Shown here in pieces: positions 28,101 to 41,700 of a DNA stretch of 64,000 nt. Below the pieces are notes generated by a model. That model was given only the letters and a program-made list of their open reading frames with translations. It did not search any database and was not told the DNA's origin. The stretch is from the NCBI RefSeq assembly GCF_001194135.2, contig NC_068990.1:63836338-63900337 (forward strand). The letters run 5' to 3'. Within the stretch, counting starts at the first letter, position 1, and each line of letters begins with the position of its first letter. Origin of the DNA: Octopus bimaculoides (taxonomy: Eukaryota). Position numbers and translations under genes: made by a program.

Positions 28101-30252
28101 TACAGCAATCACAAGATCACAAAAATACAAATTTTACAACTTTTGAAGTAAACACAGCGATGTAACTCAACACACTGCCTCATGAAGGTCACTGCTAGCT
28201 CTCACTGCACACACAACAGTGTGCTGCCATCTGTTGGCATGCCACAGAACTAGTCAGGGAAATTTTTCATACCACCTGTTATATAAATACAAACTTGTTG
28301 CCAGTTCAAAAATGCTTGAGGCATATTTAAGAAAACATGATAATTACAGACTCTCATTGTTCTTCTATTATGAGTAACCATGAAACTTTGTCTGCATCTA
28401 TTCTCTTTGTGTAAAATCATTTGATTTCTGCACTACTAGCTCTCTGTGTCAATTCAGAGCATAACAAGTGAGAGAATGAGGTATATAGTTGCTTTTGTGC
28501 ACAGGTGTGAAAGGATACAAAATTTCCTCTTGCTTGTCATGATTATTACTAAAAGTGAGTTTGACGAAATTGTCTTTGCTCTTCAGTACTGAATCCTTAC
28601 TACACCACTGTGTCAATTCACATTTCCCTATGAATTTTACTATACTATTTTCCTCTTATTATCTTTTATATCTCTTTATGTAACCTTTTTGATACCAACA
28701 CCCTAAGGACAACCTTTATTTCTATGATTTAAGTTAATAAAGTTGGTCACCTATTGAAGGTCACCTATTAAAAGGTCAAGTAGTAAACTATATTTGTTCA
28801 AGTTATCTAAATTTAAATCTTCCTTCAAAATTTCAGTGAATTTCAATGCCAAACACTAGCTTGACAATGACAATTACTTTATTAAATTCTTTATTATTTT
28901 AAAAATTAATTGAAACAAAAACAGTGTATTTCAACAGAAATATGGGGGCAAAAGAGGTTTGGTTAAGTTTTTAATAGAAACGGAAAGCAGTTGTTTAATA
29001 TTTTGTTTCAAGAATATTACTGTGTCGGAAGCAGGGTCTGATCTCACAACATTTCAGCTGAATTTTGTTAATTGTCTTTGTCTATACCCAAACTGCCATC
29101 ATTATTAGATATTCACTGTTGCCTGTTTTAACTTGAACATTTATCAGACATATTTTATATCTACTTTTCATGTTTTTTTTTTTCTAATTTCCTTTCCATT
29201 ATCAACTGACAGCTACTCTATTACCAAAGCTGGTGCAAAGCAGTAGACAGTATAAAAAATGGTCTTCATGTTTCCCTTTTGGTTCGTCATCCAGAAACAC
29301 AGGAAATGCATGTTAATTTTGATTACCATATAATTGAGCTTATAGAAGAAGCAAAATGGTTAGTTTCCTTGAATCTTGAAATTCCAGAAACTGCTAGAGA
29401 ACTTGCACTCAAGGAGAATATATTCAAATCAAACTATACAGCGTGTGTATTTTACTTTATTTTTCAGTCCACTTTAATTTATATCTTTCTCATTGTATGG
29501 GTTGGAAGTATATACAATTTTAACATTTTCATACATAATTGAAAAATCAGACCCAAGTTAAAGAAACTGGAATTGAGAATCAATGAAAATGTTTCTAATT
29601 CATACCTAACAATAAAACTCCTAAATGTACTGCTAGCTTACATATATATGAATTAGGTGCAGGCATGGCTGTGCTGTGACAACCTTGCTTCCCAATCACA
29701 TTGTTCTGGATTCAGTCCCATTGTGTGGTACTTTTGGTAAGTGTCTTCTACTATAGCCTTAGACTAACCAAAGCCTTATGAGTGGATTTGCTAGATAGAA
29801 ATTGAAAGAAACCCATCGTATACACACAGACATGCACACACGTATCTATGTGTGTGTCTTTGTGTCTGTGTATGTGTCCCATCACCACTTGACAACCGGT
29901 GTTGGTTTGTTTATGTCCCTATAACATGATGGTTTGGCAAAAACAGCCTGATACAATAAGTATCAGGCTTAAAAAAATATAAGCACTGGTGTCAATTCAT
30001 TCAACTAAAAGTTCTTCAAGGTGGTGCCCCAGCATGGCCACAGTTTTATAACTGAAACAAGTAAAAGATAAAAGATAGAGACCAACATAGGTGCAGGCAT
30101 GGCTATGTGGTAAGAAGCTTACTTTCCAACCACATGGTTCCAGGTTCAGTCCCACTGCATGGCACCTTAAGCAAGCATCTTCTACTATAACTTTGAGCTG
30201 ACCAAAGCCTTGTGAGTGGATTTGGTAGATGGAAACTGAAAGAAGCCCATCT

Positions 30253-30299
<47 letters not shown>

Positions 30300-33246
30300 T
30301 TATGTGTGTGTATCTGAGTTTGTCCCCTACCCCACCATTGCCATCACTTGACAACCGATGCTGGAGTGTTTTCTCCATAACTTAGTGGTTCAGCAAAAAA
30401 GACCGATAGGATAAGTACTAGGCTTACAAAGAATAAGTTCTGGCATCAATTTCTTCGACAAAAACCCCTTGAAGGCAGTGCTCCAGCATAGCTACAGTCA
30501 AAGGACTGAAAGAAGTAAAAGAATAAAGGAATAAAGGAATAAAAGAATAGCAACATTATACCACTTGCTACTCATTGGACTCACTACATATTTCATCCTC
30601 ACCATGATTACCATGATCTAATGCCTATTTTTCCATCCTAGCATAGATTAGGCAGATCCATAGTTCAGTAAATTGTCTCTGCTCTCTGTCATTATGTGCA
30701 TCATCTTGTCTTTGAGGCCCTGTCTTCACTACTTCTTCATGTTTCCTCTTTGCTATGTACATCTTTCACTGTCAATGCATGGTTCTAATTTATCTAGCAC
30801 AAATCATCACTTTATGCAATAGTACCACAAAACTGCAATCACTGCTCCTCTACACATTGTGTTTTTCACTTGCTGGGTCTGGAGAAAAGGGCAGTGGCCA
30901 TGGCAATCTGAAACCTGTAAAATTGAATCTTTGTAAGTCAACTTCTTTGGGAAAGACGTAAATAAAAGGTGAAGTTACATTCTCGAGTCATGCTGACTCA
31001 TAAAGGGCTGGTTTCCTGGTTTCCATGGAGTATAAATTCCTCACCTGGATGAGATGGCAGCTCGTCACAAGATTACTCATTTTTGCCAGTTGAGTGGACT
31101 GGAGCAATGTGAAATGAAGCATTTTGCTTAAGAACACAATGTGTTACCTAGTCCAAGAATCAAAACCACAATCTTATGATCTTGAGTCCAATACACTAAC
31201 CACTAAGCTACATACCTCCAAATGGGAAAAAAACATGTGCTGGGAGGAATAACCAGAGGACTGATGTTCTTAGAAGGAAGGAAGGAAGGAAGGAAGGAAG
31301 GAAGGAAGGAAGGAAGGACTGGTCGTAGGGATTAGTACAAGGCTAGAAAAGGGATTTGAACACAACAAGGGTGATGAGAAGAGGAGAGTTGGGTAAGCTG
31401 AGAAGTCCAGCAGGCTCCAAGGAACAGAGGCCTTTATATTAATGGTAAAAAAAAAGGCAGAGAAAGAAGGAAATGCACCTATGAGTCAAAGGTTGAAACA
31501 CATCTGTGAATGACTTTATACTGATCAATCAGATGATGTGCCCTTAGATGTCTGTGTAGCAGCAGCAGCAACACCATCACCGATGTGAGAGCAATACTCC
31601 ATTCTGAACCTTACCTGTTTTCTTCAGTTTACCTACAAGCATCTTTCATTCTCAGTAGTGATAGTCTTTTAGCACCAGCACTAATCCTTATTCTGCATAA
31701 TATGACCATAAAAGTGCAGTAATCTTTCTTCCACAAATTGCAAAGGTCTTTAAGCCTTTAGCATTCACATTATTTTGTCAAAAGTGGACTGGCTCCTGTG
31801 CAGGTGGCATGTAAAAACACCTTTTTGAGCGTGGCCATTGCTAGTACCGTGTGACTGGCCCTCATTGCCAGTACCATGTGACTGGCCCTCATGCCCGGTG
31901 CAGCCTTCTGGCTTGCCAGTCCTCAGTCAAATCGTCCAACCTATGCTAGCATGGAAAGCAGACGTTAAACGATGATGATGATGAATGCTTATTTATTCAT
32001 ATTGTTTTGAATTGTCATGCATTATCTTGTAGCTTCAAGATTTCAATGATGCAATTGATTATTTTTAGAATAACATTGTAGGATAGGTGTGAGAAGCTGG
32101 ATCTAGTCAGTTTGAATATAAGACAGGCAGAATGTTTTGGCCAAATATGACCGGTTAAATGCTAAATGTCCAGCTACTGTCTCTGTTCCTTTGTGTTCCA
32201 GATTTCAGTGAAGATATCATTGCACAGCCATAGCTATTTCTCATTTTATCTAAATGTGTACCATTTTGACAACTACCACTCTAGTGTCTTGAAATTAACT
32301 ATTTTTTCACTAGTTTCTTATAGAAAGATATGGATTTAGTATCATTATCCAATCTACCCATTCTTCTAATTTTTATGTACAGCTTTCACCTAATTGTTAC
32401 CAAAAGTTTGTTTCAGTATATAGGTGAACAGTTTTTCCTATTTAATCCTTATAACCAGACTGTCTTTCCTAATACTTGAATTTAACTCTTTGATATATCT
32501 TTACATATAATTCTCCTCTGTGACTCAGTGGTTAGTGTGTCAGACTTCCAGCTGGCGGGGTCATGAGTTCAATTCCCAGACCAGGCTGTGTGGTGTGTTC
32601 TTGAGCAAGACACTTTATTTCATGTTGCTTCACTTCACTCATCTGTAGAAATGAGTTGTGATGTCACTGGTGCCAGGCTGTATCAGCCTTGAACAACATT
32701 AGTGGTGTGGAGAGGGGAGACTGTTATGCATGGGCAACTGCTGGTCTTCCACAACAGCCTTGCCCAGACTTTTGCCTCTGAGAGGAACTTCCTAGGTGCA
32801 ATCCCATGATCATTCATGACCAAAGGGGGTCTTTACCCATTACCTTTTTAACTTCTCTTAAAAGCTTACTAACATAAAATAACACATATCTATAGACTAC
32901 TGCATTCTCCAGCAATTGTTTACTAAACTGACTGAAAAACATTTTTCAAATCTCTTTGCAGCCTCAACTCCATGTTGGTAAAATACAAACATATTCAAAC
33001 GACCATTCCTCAGGTGCTGTGGACTTTAACAAAACCCTTGCGCGACCATGTAGAGAAGGTTTTAAAACCTGGTCTTGGACAACTCACTTGGACCTCATTT
33101 AATATCAACTCTTGTAAGTTGTTTTTTCAAAATACCAATTACCAGTTGTATGTAAATGCTTCTTTTATTGGTCTGCAAGAGCGTAAACAAACCAACACCA
33201 GCTGTCAAGGGGTGGTGTAGGACAAACACAGGTACACAGGTACACA

Positions 33247-33325
<79 letters not shown>

Positions 33326-33688
33326 CATGTTTCTTTCAGCATTTGTCTACCAAATCCACTCAAGGCTTTGACTAGCCCAAGGCTATACCAGAAGACACTT
33401 GCTCAGATGGCATGCAGTGAGACTGAACCTAGAACTAAGTGATTGGGAAGCAAACCTCTTACCATACACCCATGCCTACACCTATCATCAATGTTTTTCT
33501 CATGTAGTGACAAACATGGAATATCAACACTAACTCATTTCATACACGGACTCCTACACACATCCATACACCACCACATATATACATGGCTCAAACATAT
33601 ACGACAAGCTTCCTACAGTTTTCAACAACCAACATATAGATATGTATTAATAAATCTCAGAATGTGTGTGTGTGTGTGTGTGTGTGCA

Positions 33689-33731
<43 letters not shown>

Positions 33732-36700
33732 ATGCATGCAATTGGTGATCATACTGATATGATTAAATCCCTAAATGGATTGTCTTATATATCCCACTAG
33801 ATGTGGTGAAATGTAACCAGGCCATTCATGAACTGAAGAAGATTGTAAAGAGAGTGACCGACCTCCTTGAATGTCAGATTGATGCTGTCCTTGATGACAT
33901 TTCTCTGATGCCACTTTGCGAATTGCCTGAGGACGAACCTATTACTGTGCATGAGTTTCTGGAAAAAACAAGCAAAGTAGTTTCTACTGCAGCTGAAGCC
34001 ATCAACATGTAAGTCCAGGTCCTTCGTTATTTTTTATAAAACATGGTTAGCTCTTGTTAATCTTGCCATCTATATGTTTGATATTATTCCCATCACCCTC
34101 TTCATTATCATAGCTGTTGTCATCTGACAAGTTGTTATGATCAGGGACACTACAACTTGTTTGATAACAAGGCCAATATTGCCAGGCAAAATACTTAGCA
34201 GCATTTCGTTTGTCTTTAAATTCTCAGTTCAAATGCCACCGAAGTCAACTTAGCCATTCGTTGTTTTGGGGTCAATAAAATAAGTACAGGTTAAGCACTA
34301 GGTTCAACGTAATTGACTTACATCTTTTGATTATTATTATTACTATTATTGAGAAGGCTGCAAGCTGGCAGAATTGTTAGCATACCGGGTGAAATGCTTA
34401 GCGGTACGTCATCTGCCATCACATTCTGAGTTCAAATTCCGCCATGGTCGACTTTACCTTTCATCCTTTCGGGGTTGATAAAATTAGTACCAGTTACACA
34501 CTGGTAGTCGATTTAAACAACATAATCCTTCCCCCAAAATTTGAGGCCTTGTGCTTCCACTTATTGAGTGAGAGAGCAGTGCATGCCATCAAAGTGACAC
34601 TGGGGTACAAATATACGAAGCCCAAAATACCCATCATGACTACCCGTTTAATAAGGGTACACCAGTCACATGCATCACAACCATATGTGCATGACACAGT
34701 GATCTCATATGATCTTGCAGGTAAGATCCAGTTAAAATTTTCTTCAGGTTGAGTCGCCTATTCTGCTAAAAAGGACCCTGAATAAGGGTTGCTTAAGGAT
34801 TTTGGATGAAACACCCATGTTTCCAGAGGTGAATTATTCAAACTCCAAAGAATTCCTCTCAACACATGGTTATTGTGCTCCCCCACTACTTCTGCTCATG
34901 ATCAGAGATACATATATATCGTCAGCTACCAAGGGACATGCACTCAACTGGTTAAGGTCAAACAACTGATAAGCAAATCTATGGTATTGAGCAGAATATT
35001 ATTATTATAATCATTATTGTTGTTGTTATTATTATTATTATCATCATTATTATTATTATTATTATGATAACCAGATGTATTTACTTTCTATAGGGTTTAA
35101 GAAGCAGTATGTCTGACATTGTAACCATCCCAGTTATATTACACTAGCTCTTGTTGTTGTTGTTGTGGCTGTTGCTGTTGCAACAGCTGCTGCTACTGCT
35201 GCTGTTGTTGTTGTTGTTGTTGTTGTTTTTGTTGTTGTTGCTGCTGTTGTTGTCATTGCTCGTTTTTACACCCAAGTCAGTATCATTTAGCAGATCTATG
35301 ATGAAAGACAATCCAGATGTGACTATCCTGCCTTTTTGTACATATAAGTTTAGATTATCCAGTGAAGTCCTTTTTTTTAAAGAATATATGGTGTAGTTTG
35401 AAGATTTGGCTGCTTTATTGTAGCAGATCACTGCACAAGGTTGTGGTCCCCCATTGTTAGCCCAAGATGTTCTTTTATTTTCATGTTTGAAAAATGTTCA
35501 TTACTCATAGTTGATACCTTATTGCATTAACCAATATGCTATGTATATTCACATAATATCACTGCCAGAGTAAGTCATACAGACAAGTAAACATAAGCCT
35601 CTGCCCACATTTAGATACCCATAAGCATTGTGAAATATAAGGTGCTTGCAGTAGGGTTTTGGTACCTTAATATAGAGCTTGAAAAGTTGCATTGAAGGCT
35701 TTAGTGAAGAGAACTACTATGAAGAGAATGGACTTCAGGATGAAAGATACCATTTTCTGATAGATTTAAATCAACTCCTGGGAGAACAAGACATTTCAGA
35801 AGTAACTCAATCAATGTTGTAGTTATATTTGAGGCAGAGGAGCTGGCAGAATTGTTAGCATGCTGGATGAAATGCTTAGCGATATTTCGTTCGTCTTTAC
35901 ATTCTGAGTTCAAATTCCATCGAGGTCAACTTTGCTTTTCAGCCTTTCAGGGTCGATAAATTAAGTTACCAGTGAAGCACTGGAGTTGATGTAATTGATT
36001 AGTCCCTACCCTACAAAATCTCAGGCCTTGTACCTTTAGAACAAAGAATCGTTAGCATACCAGGCAAAATGCTTAGTAGCATTTCTTGTGTCTAAGTTCT
36101 AATTCCATCTTTGGGCAACTTTGCCATTCATCCTGTCAGGTGCAATAAAATAAGTACCAGTTACATACCGAGATCAATGTAACTGACTTACTCTCTCACC
36201 AAAATTTTGATGGCCTTGCACAAAAATTTGAAACTAGTATTTTTAAAGAATGTAATTAACGCTCTGTTAATTCTTTGTAACATAGCATAAACAGAAAGAT
36301 TATCTTTATACAAAGACTAACACTTAATGTTACATGTCACTTTTGAACCCCCTAGGACTGTTTGAGTAGTCCTGTAATCAAAGGTGTTCCAACGATAACC
36401 ATCCTGTCTTTTTTTTATACATTAGGGACTACTTCATTCATTGTTTCCTCTTTGTATGACAACAGTGTGATTTGAGGGATGTTTGGCTACTTTCTCAAGC
36501 AGGTTTATTTTGAGTAACTGTGAATAGCACCCCACTTTCATTAGCTTGTAACATGTTAGATAGATAACAGATGGATGGACAGACAGCCAAACAGATAGAA
36601 AGAAAGAAAGAGAGAAAACTAGATAGTTAGACAGATAGATAGACAAACAGACAGACAGACAGACAGAGATAGGTAGATAGTTATGTAGGAAGGTTGATAG

Positions 36701-36756
36701 GTAGGTAGGTAGGTAGGAAGGTAGGTAGGTAGAGAGATAAGTAGGTAGGCAGATAT

Positions 36757-36802
<46 letters not shown>

Positions 36803-38734
36803 GGAGGGAGAAATAGATAGATAGACAGATAGATAGACAAACAGACACACAGACAGACAGAGATAGGTAGATAGTTATGTAGGTAGGTTGATAGGTAGGT
36901 AGGTAGGTAGATAGGTAAGTAGGTAGGCAGATATATATATATATATATATGAATATATATATATAGAGAGAGAGAAATACATAGATAGATAGATAGATCA
37001 AATGATAGAAAAAATGAAAAGCAGGCAGTTAGGCATTTTATTTGGTTAAATATATTCAATTATGAAATTATAGTTTGCAAACGTGGGCTCTATTTACAAA
37101 CTATATATTTCAATAATTATATACCATTAAGAAGGAATACATAAAGTTCAAAGAATGAAAAATTCGTGTTCTCAGCCTGAGATATCTATCAGAATATTAC
37201 AGACATAAAATCATATTGAAGAACGATATAGAAGAAAAAGGATATATTGATTTTGCAAGTTATACTTAACCTCTTCACTTGAGATAAAATTATTAAAGAT
37301 AATTCATTGAAATTTATTTGTCTAAAATATTCTCGAAATTGAATTCAAGATGAAACTGATACACTGAAGTGATGCTACACAGACAAGTGATGTTAACTGA
37401 TATGTAAATTGACATTACAAGGAGGTGCTGGAAAGTTCCTGGCTTGGGGTAGAAGAAAATACAGGAGGAATCAGTTAATTATAATTTTATTCAACATATT
37501 CCCCGTCTCAGAGTCACATGCTTATTGCAGCAGTCCTACAGTTTTTCTAAACCCTGTAAAAAAAAACAAAAAGTTGGAAGTTTGAGCCTTCAACCAGGCC
37601 TTTCATGATACCCTTACAGCCAGGAACTTTTCAGTACCCCTTCATATATGTCTTGGTTCATTAATAATTAGTTGTTTGCAAGATGGTAAGCTGGCAGAAT
37701 CATTAGCAAGGCAGGTAAAATGCTTAGTGGTATTTCATCTGTCTATATGTTCTGATTTCAAATTCCAAAAAGGTTGACTTTGCCTTTCATCCTTTTGGGG
37801 TGGATGAAATAAGTACCAGTTGAATTCTGGGGTTGATGTAATCAAGTAATCCCTTTCCTCAAAATTGCTGGCCTTGTGTCAAAATTGGAAGTTAATTAGT
37901 AGTTTGAAGGATGGTTGTATTGGCAGATATTTCATGGTATTTAGTTATCTTCCTATGTATTCTGAGTTCAAATCTGGCTGTAGTCAACTTTACCTTTCAT
38001 CTTTATAGTAGCTGATAAAATAAGTACCAATGACTGAGTGGTTAGAGCACCGAGGTAGTGAGGTCAATTACTGGACCATGCTGTGTGTTGTGTTCTTGAG
38101 CAGGACACTTTATTTCACATTGCTCCAGTTCACTCAGCTGTAGAAATGAGTTGTGACATTACTGGTGCCAAGCTGTATTGGCCTTTGCCTTTTCCTTGGG
38201 TAACATCTGTGGCATGGAGAGGAAAGTCTGGTATGCATGGGCAACTGCTGGTCTTCTGCAAACAACCTTGTCCAGACATGTGCCTCGGAGAGTAACTTTC
38301 TAGTTGCAATCCCATGATCATTCATGACCAAAGGGGGTTCTTTAACATTTTAGTCTATAACTGATTCTTCCCTCCTGTTAAAATTTGGTCCTTATGCCTA
38401 TATTAGAAATCTGTAATTAGTTCTCTGCCATTTTTAACTTAAAAAATAAAACATGAATATTTTCTCTTTTTTTAGTTCCAGCCAGTTGGTGGAAAAATCA
38501 GTCGAGGATTTAGCCAATCTGCTGATCTCTAACCTGAAAGAAGAAGAACGACAAGGGCTCACTATTGCCAATGGGTTTCCTTGCATGAGTCCTGATAATA
38601 AACACAAGAACCAACGTTGCCAAGAGTGCCAGCCCTGTTGTTATTATGCCATGTTTGGTTACTTTACCCAGAGGAACACTGATGCTATTGTTAAATGTAA
38701 TATAGATATCTATATATATAAAAATGAGAATGTG

Positions 38735-38785
<51 letters not shown>

Positions 38786-41700
38786 GTGTGTGTGTGAATC
38801 CCTAAAACTCGAGAACTACGCAACCAATTTCATTCAAATTTTACACATGCCTTACTTAGGGTTCCAGTTGTGTTTTAGTCAAAAAAAATTATTAACTTCT
38901 TGCAGAGTTCGAGCACACGGCAACATAATATCTCCTCCACTATNNNNNNNNNNNNNNNNNNNNNNNNNNNNNNNNNNNNNNNNNNNNNNNNNNNNNNNNN
39001 NNNNNNNNNNNNNNNNNNNNNNNNNNNNNNNNNNNNNNNNNNNNNNNNNNNNNNNNNNNNNNNNNNNNNNNNNNNNNNNNNNNNNNNNNNNNNNNNNNNN
39101 NNNNNNNNNNNNNNNNNNNNNNNNNNNNNNNNNNNNNNNNNNNNNNNNNNNNNNNNNNNNNNNNNNNNNNNNNNNNNNNNNNNNNNNNNNNNNNNNNNNN
39201 NNNNNNNNNNNNNNNNNNNNNNNNNNNNNNNNNNNNNNNNNNNNNNNNNNNNNNNNNNNNNNNNNNNNNNNNNNNNNNNNNNNNNNNNNNNNNNNNNNNN
39301 NNNNNNNNNNNNNNNNNNNNNNNNNNNNNNNNNNNNNNNNNNNNNNNNNNNNNNNNNNNNNNNNNNNNNNNNNNNNNNNNNNNNNNNNNNNNNNNNNNNN
39401 NNNNNNNNNNNNNNNNNNNNNNNNNNNNNNNNNNNNNNNNNNNNNNNNNNNNNNNNNNNNNNNNNNNNNNNNNNNNNNNNNNNNNNNNNNNNNNNNNNNN
39501 NNNNNNNNNNNNNNNNNNNNNNNNNNNNNNNNNNNNNNNNNNNNNNNNNNNNNNNNNNNNNNNNNNNNNNNNNNNNNNNNNNNNNNNNNNNNNNNNNNNN
39601 NNNNNNNNNNNNNNNNNNNNNNNNNNNNNNNNNNNNNNNNNNNNNNNNNNNNNNNNNNNNNNNNNNNNNNNNNNNNNNNNNNNNNNNNNNNNNNNNNNNN
39701 NNNNNNNNNNNNNNNNNNNNNNNNNNNNNNNNNNNNNNNNNNNNNNNNNNNNNNNNNNNNNNNNNNNNNNNNNNNNNNNNNNNNNNNNNNNNNNNNNNNN
39801 NNNNNNNNNNNNNNNNNNNNNNNNNNNNNNNNNNNNNNNNNNNNNNNNNNNNNNNNNNNNNNNNNNNNNNNNNNNNNNNNNNATATCAGGGTCAAACACT
39901 GTCTGTAGCTGGTCTTCTCTTGGAAGAGCCCTGCTTCTCACATGGACAACTGTATGTTGGCTGCTCAAGAGTGGGCAGCAACAAAAAACCTATTTGTATA
40001 TGCTCCACAAGGGAAAACAAGGAACATAGTTTACAATGAGGTGTTATAATCACAACAGCAAGAAAGTATGTACATGATCACCTTCTTTTACGAAACTTCA
40101 TTGACTTTCATATATTTATATTGATATACATATATATATGTGTGTTTGGGTGCGTGTGTGTATATACATCTCTATATATAAAGATGATGCGTAGTCTAGA
40201 CGGCGTTTTTAGATTTCATTATTCTCTTCAACCCAGGCAACGCCGGGTATTTCTGCTAATATATATATAAATATTTGTACATATTGACATACAAAAACAC
40301 ATACATGCTTATGCACACATACACATCTGCTTGCACATACTCATCTGCATTCACACACATCTGCATGTACACACATCTGCATGCACACACGTCTGCATGC
40401 ACACACATCTGCATGCTCACACATCTGCATGCTCACACATCTGCATGCACACACATCTGCATGCACACATACACATATGCATACATATACACAGACATGA
40501 ATGATGTTGGATTTTTTTCAGTTTTGATGATGAGTCCTCCACTTATTCAATCAATGGAATGGCCAGCTCATTTAATTAGTATTCTATAGACACATCATCA
40601 TCATCATCATCATTTAATGTCCGTTTTCCATGGGTTGAAAATTTGGGTGCATTTATTTTTAATGTAATTCTCAAGGAGATTTGGTGTAATAGTGTATTAT
40701 TTGAGTTTATCTTTGAATTACGATTACATTCCATCTGGTGGTTTCCCAAAGAGTTTCCATTTACAAGTTACACAGTGGGGTAGAATTTGGGGGAGATTTA
40801 ACTGCTATCTTTGTAGGTTGATCAATCATTCAGCTATTCCCTTGTTGGATTGAAGTGGTTAGTGTGGTGTTAAGCAGTATGTCCAGCAAGTTCACTGTCA
40901 TCAATTCACCACAGGGAAAGTTCACTGTTATTATTTCACTGCTTGTTTTTTTTTTGTTTTGTTTTTTTTCAATAACATAGTTTTTAACCATTAATGGTGA
41001 GATACTATGGATATATTTTCTTGCTAACCTTTCCCAGCAACGAACCTTCCTCATGGTGAATTGATGGCAGTGAACTTACCTGTAATCATCTAGGAGTTGA
41101 GGTATAGTAAGAAGTGACAATAGGAGGAGAGACAAATGCATATGGTATGACTCGGTAGAAGAGGTAAGAAAGCAGCTCAGGGTATCATCCTAGCTCAGAG
41201 GTGAAACTAGATATAATCTTTGGAAACTAATCTAATTATAAATTTTACGCAATTTTCATTATAGAGGTTTCTCATCAGTAAATGATCAGTTGTTAGTCTT
41301 AAAATTACTTTAAAATAATAACCTTAAAAAACTTTTGCCCACCACCATCATCATCATCATTGTCATCGTTATCATCATCATCATCATACTTTGTTTTCCT
41401 TGTTAGCAGAGTTTTACTGTATTTTTCAAAACAGTATGTTTCAGTCAGATGCCCTCTTGTAAGCTTTCCTTTTAGTCATCTCTTCTGGCAATAAATGTAT
41501 CATATGTTGATAAATGTATATGTTGATAAATGTATCATATGTTGATTAAGGGTTCATTTAGTAAATACTATATATGCTTGTTGCAATGACTTCGTGGAGC
41601 ATTGCCATTGTTGAATCAAATTTGAGATAATGATATTCCTATCTGTTGTCTCTGTTTCCAGGTACACGTCTGACACTAGATTTTCTGAAACGTCGTCTTC

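Noticed and set aside
35144-35431. Poly-Leu and poly-Asn ORFs; also the His/Gln-rich ORF at 6452-6715
   Set aside because: Trinucleotide microsatellites with no splice or homology support.
38476-38485. Alternative downstream acceptors TTAG-TTCCAG-CCAG
   Set aside because: The first AG gives the SSQLVE match to DNAH5 KSSLVE; nothing in the sequence supports use of the others.
38724-40039. Long ORFs of 338-394 aa (and similar ones at 47688-48571, 57909-59082, 63052-63522)
   Set aside because: They are mostly X residues translated through N-gaps.
40318-40475. Regular repeat arrays considered as CRISPR-like
   Set aside because: The units are tandem without unique spacers, in a spliceosomal eukaryotic gene with no cas genes.
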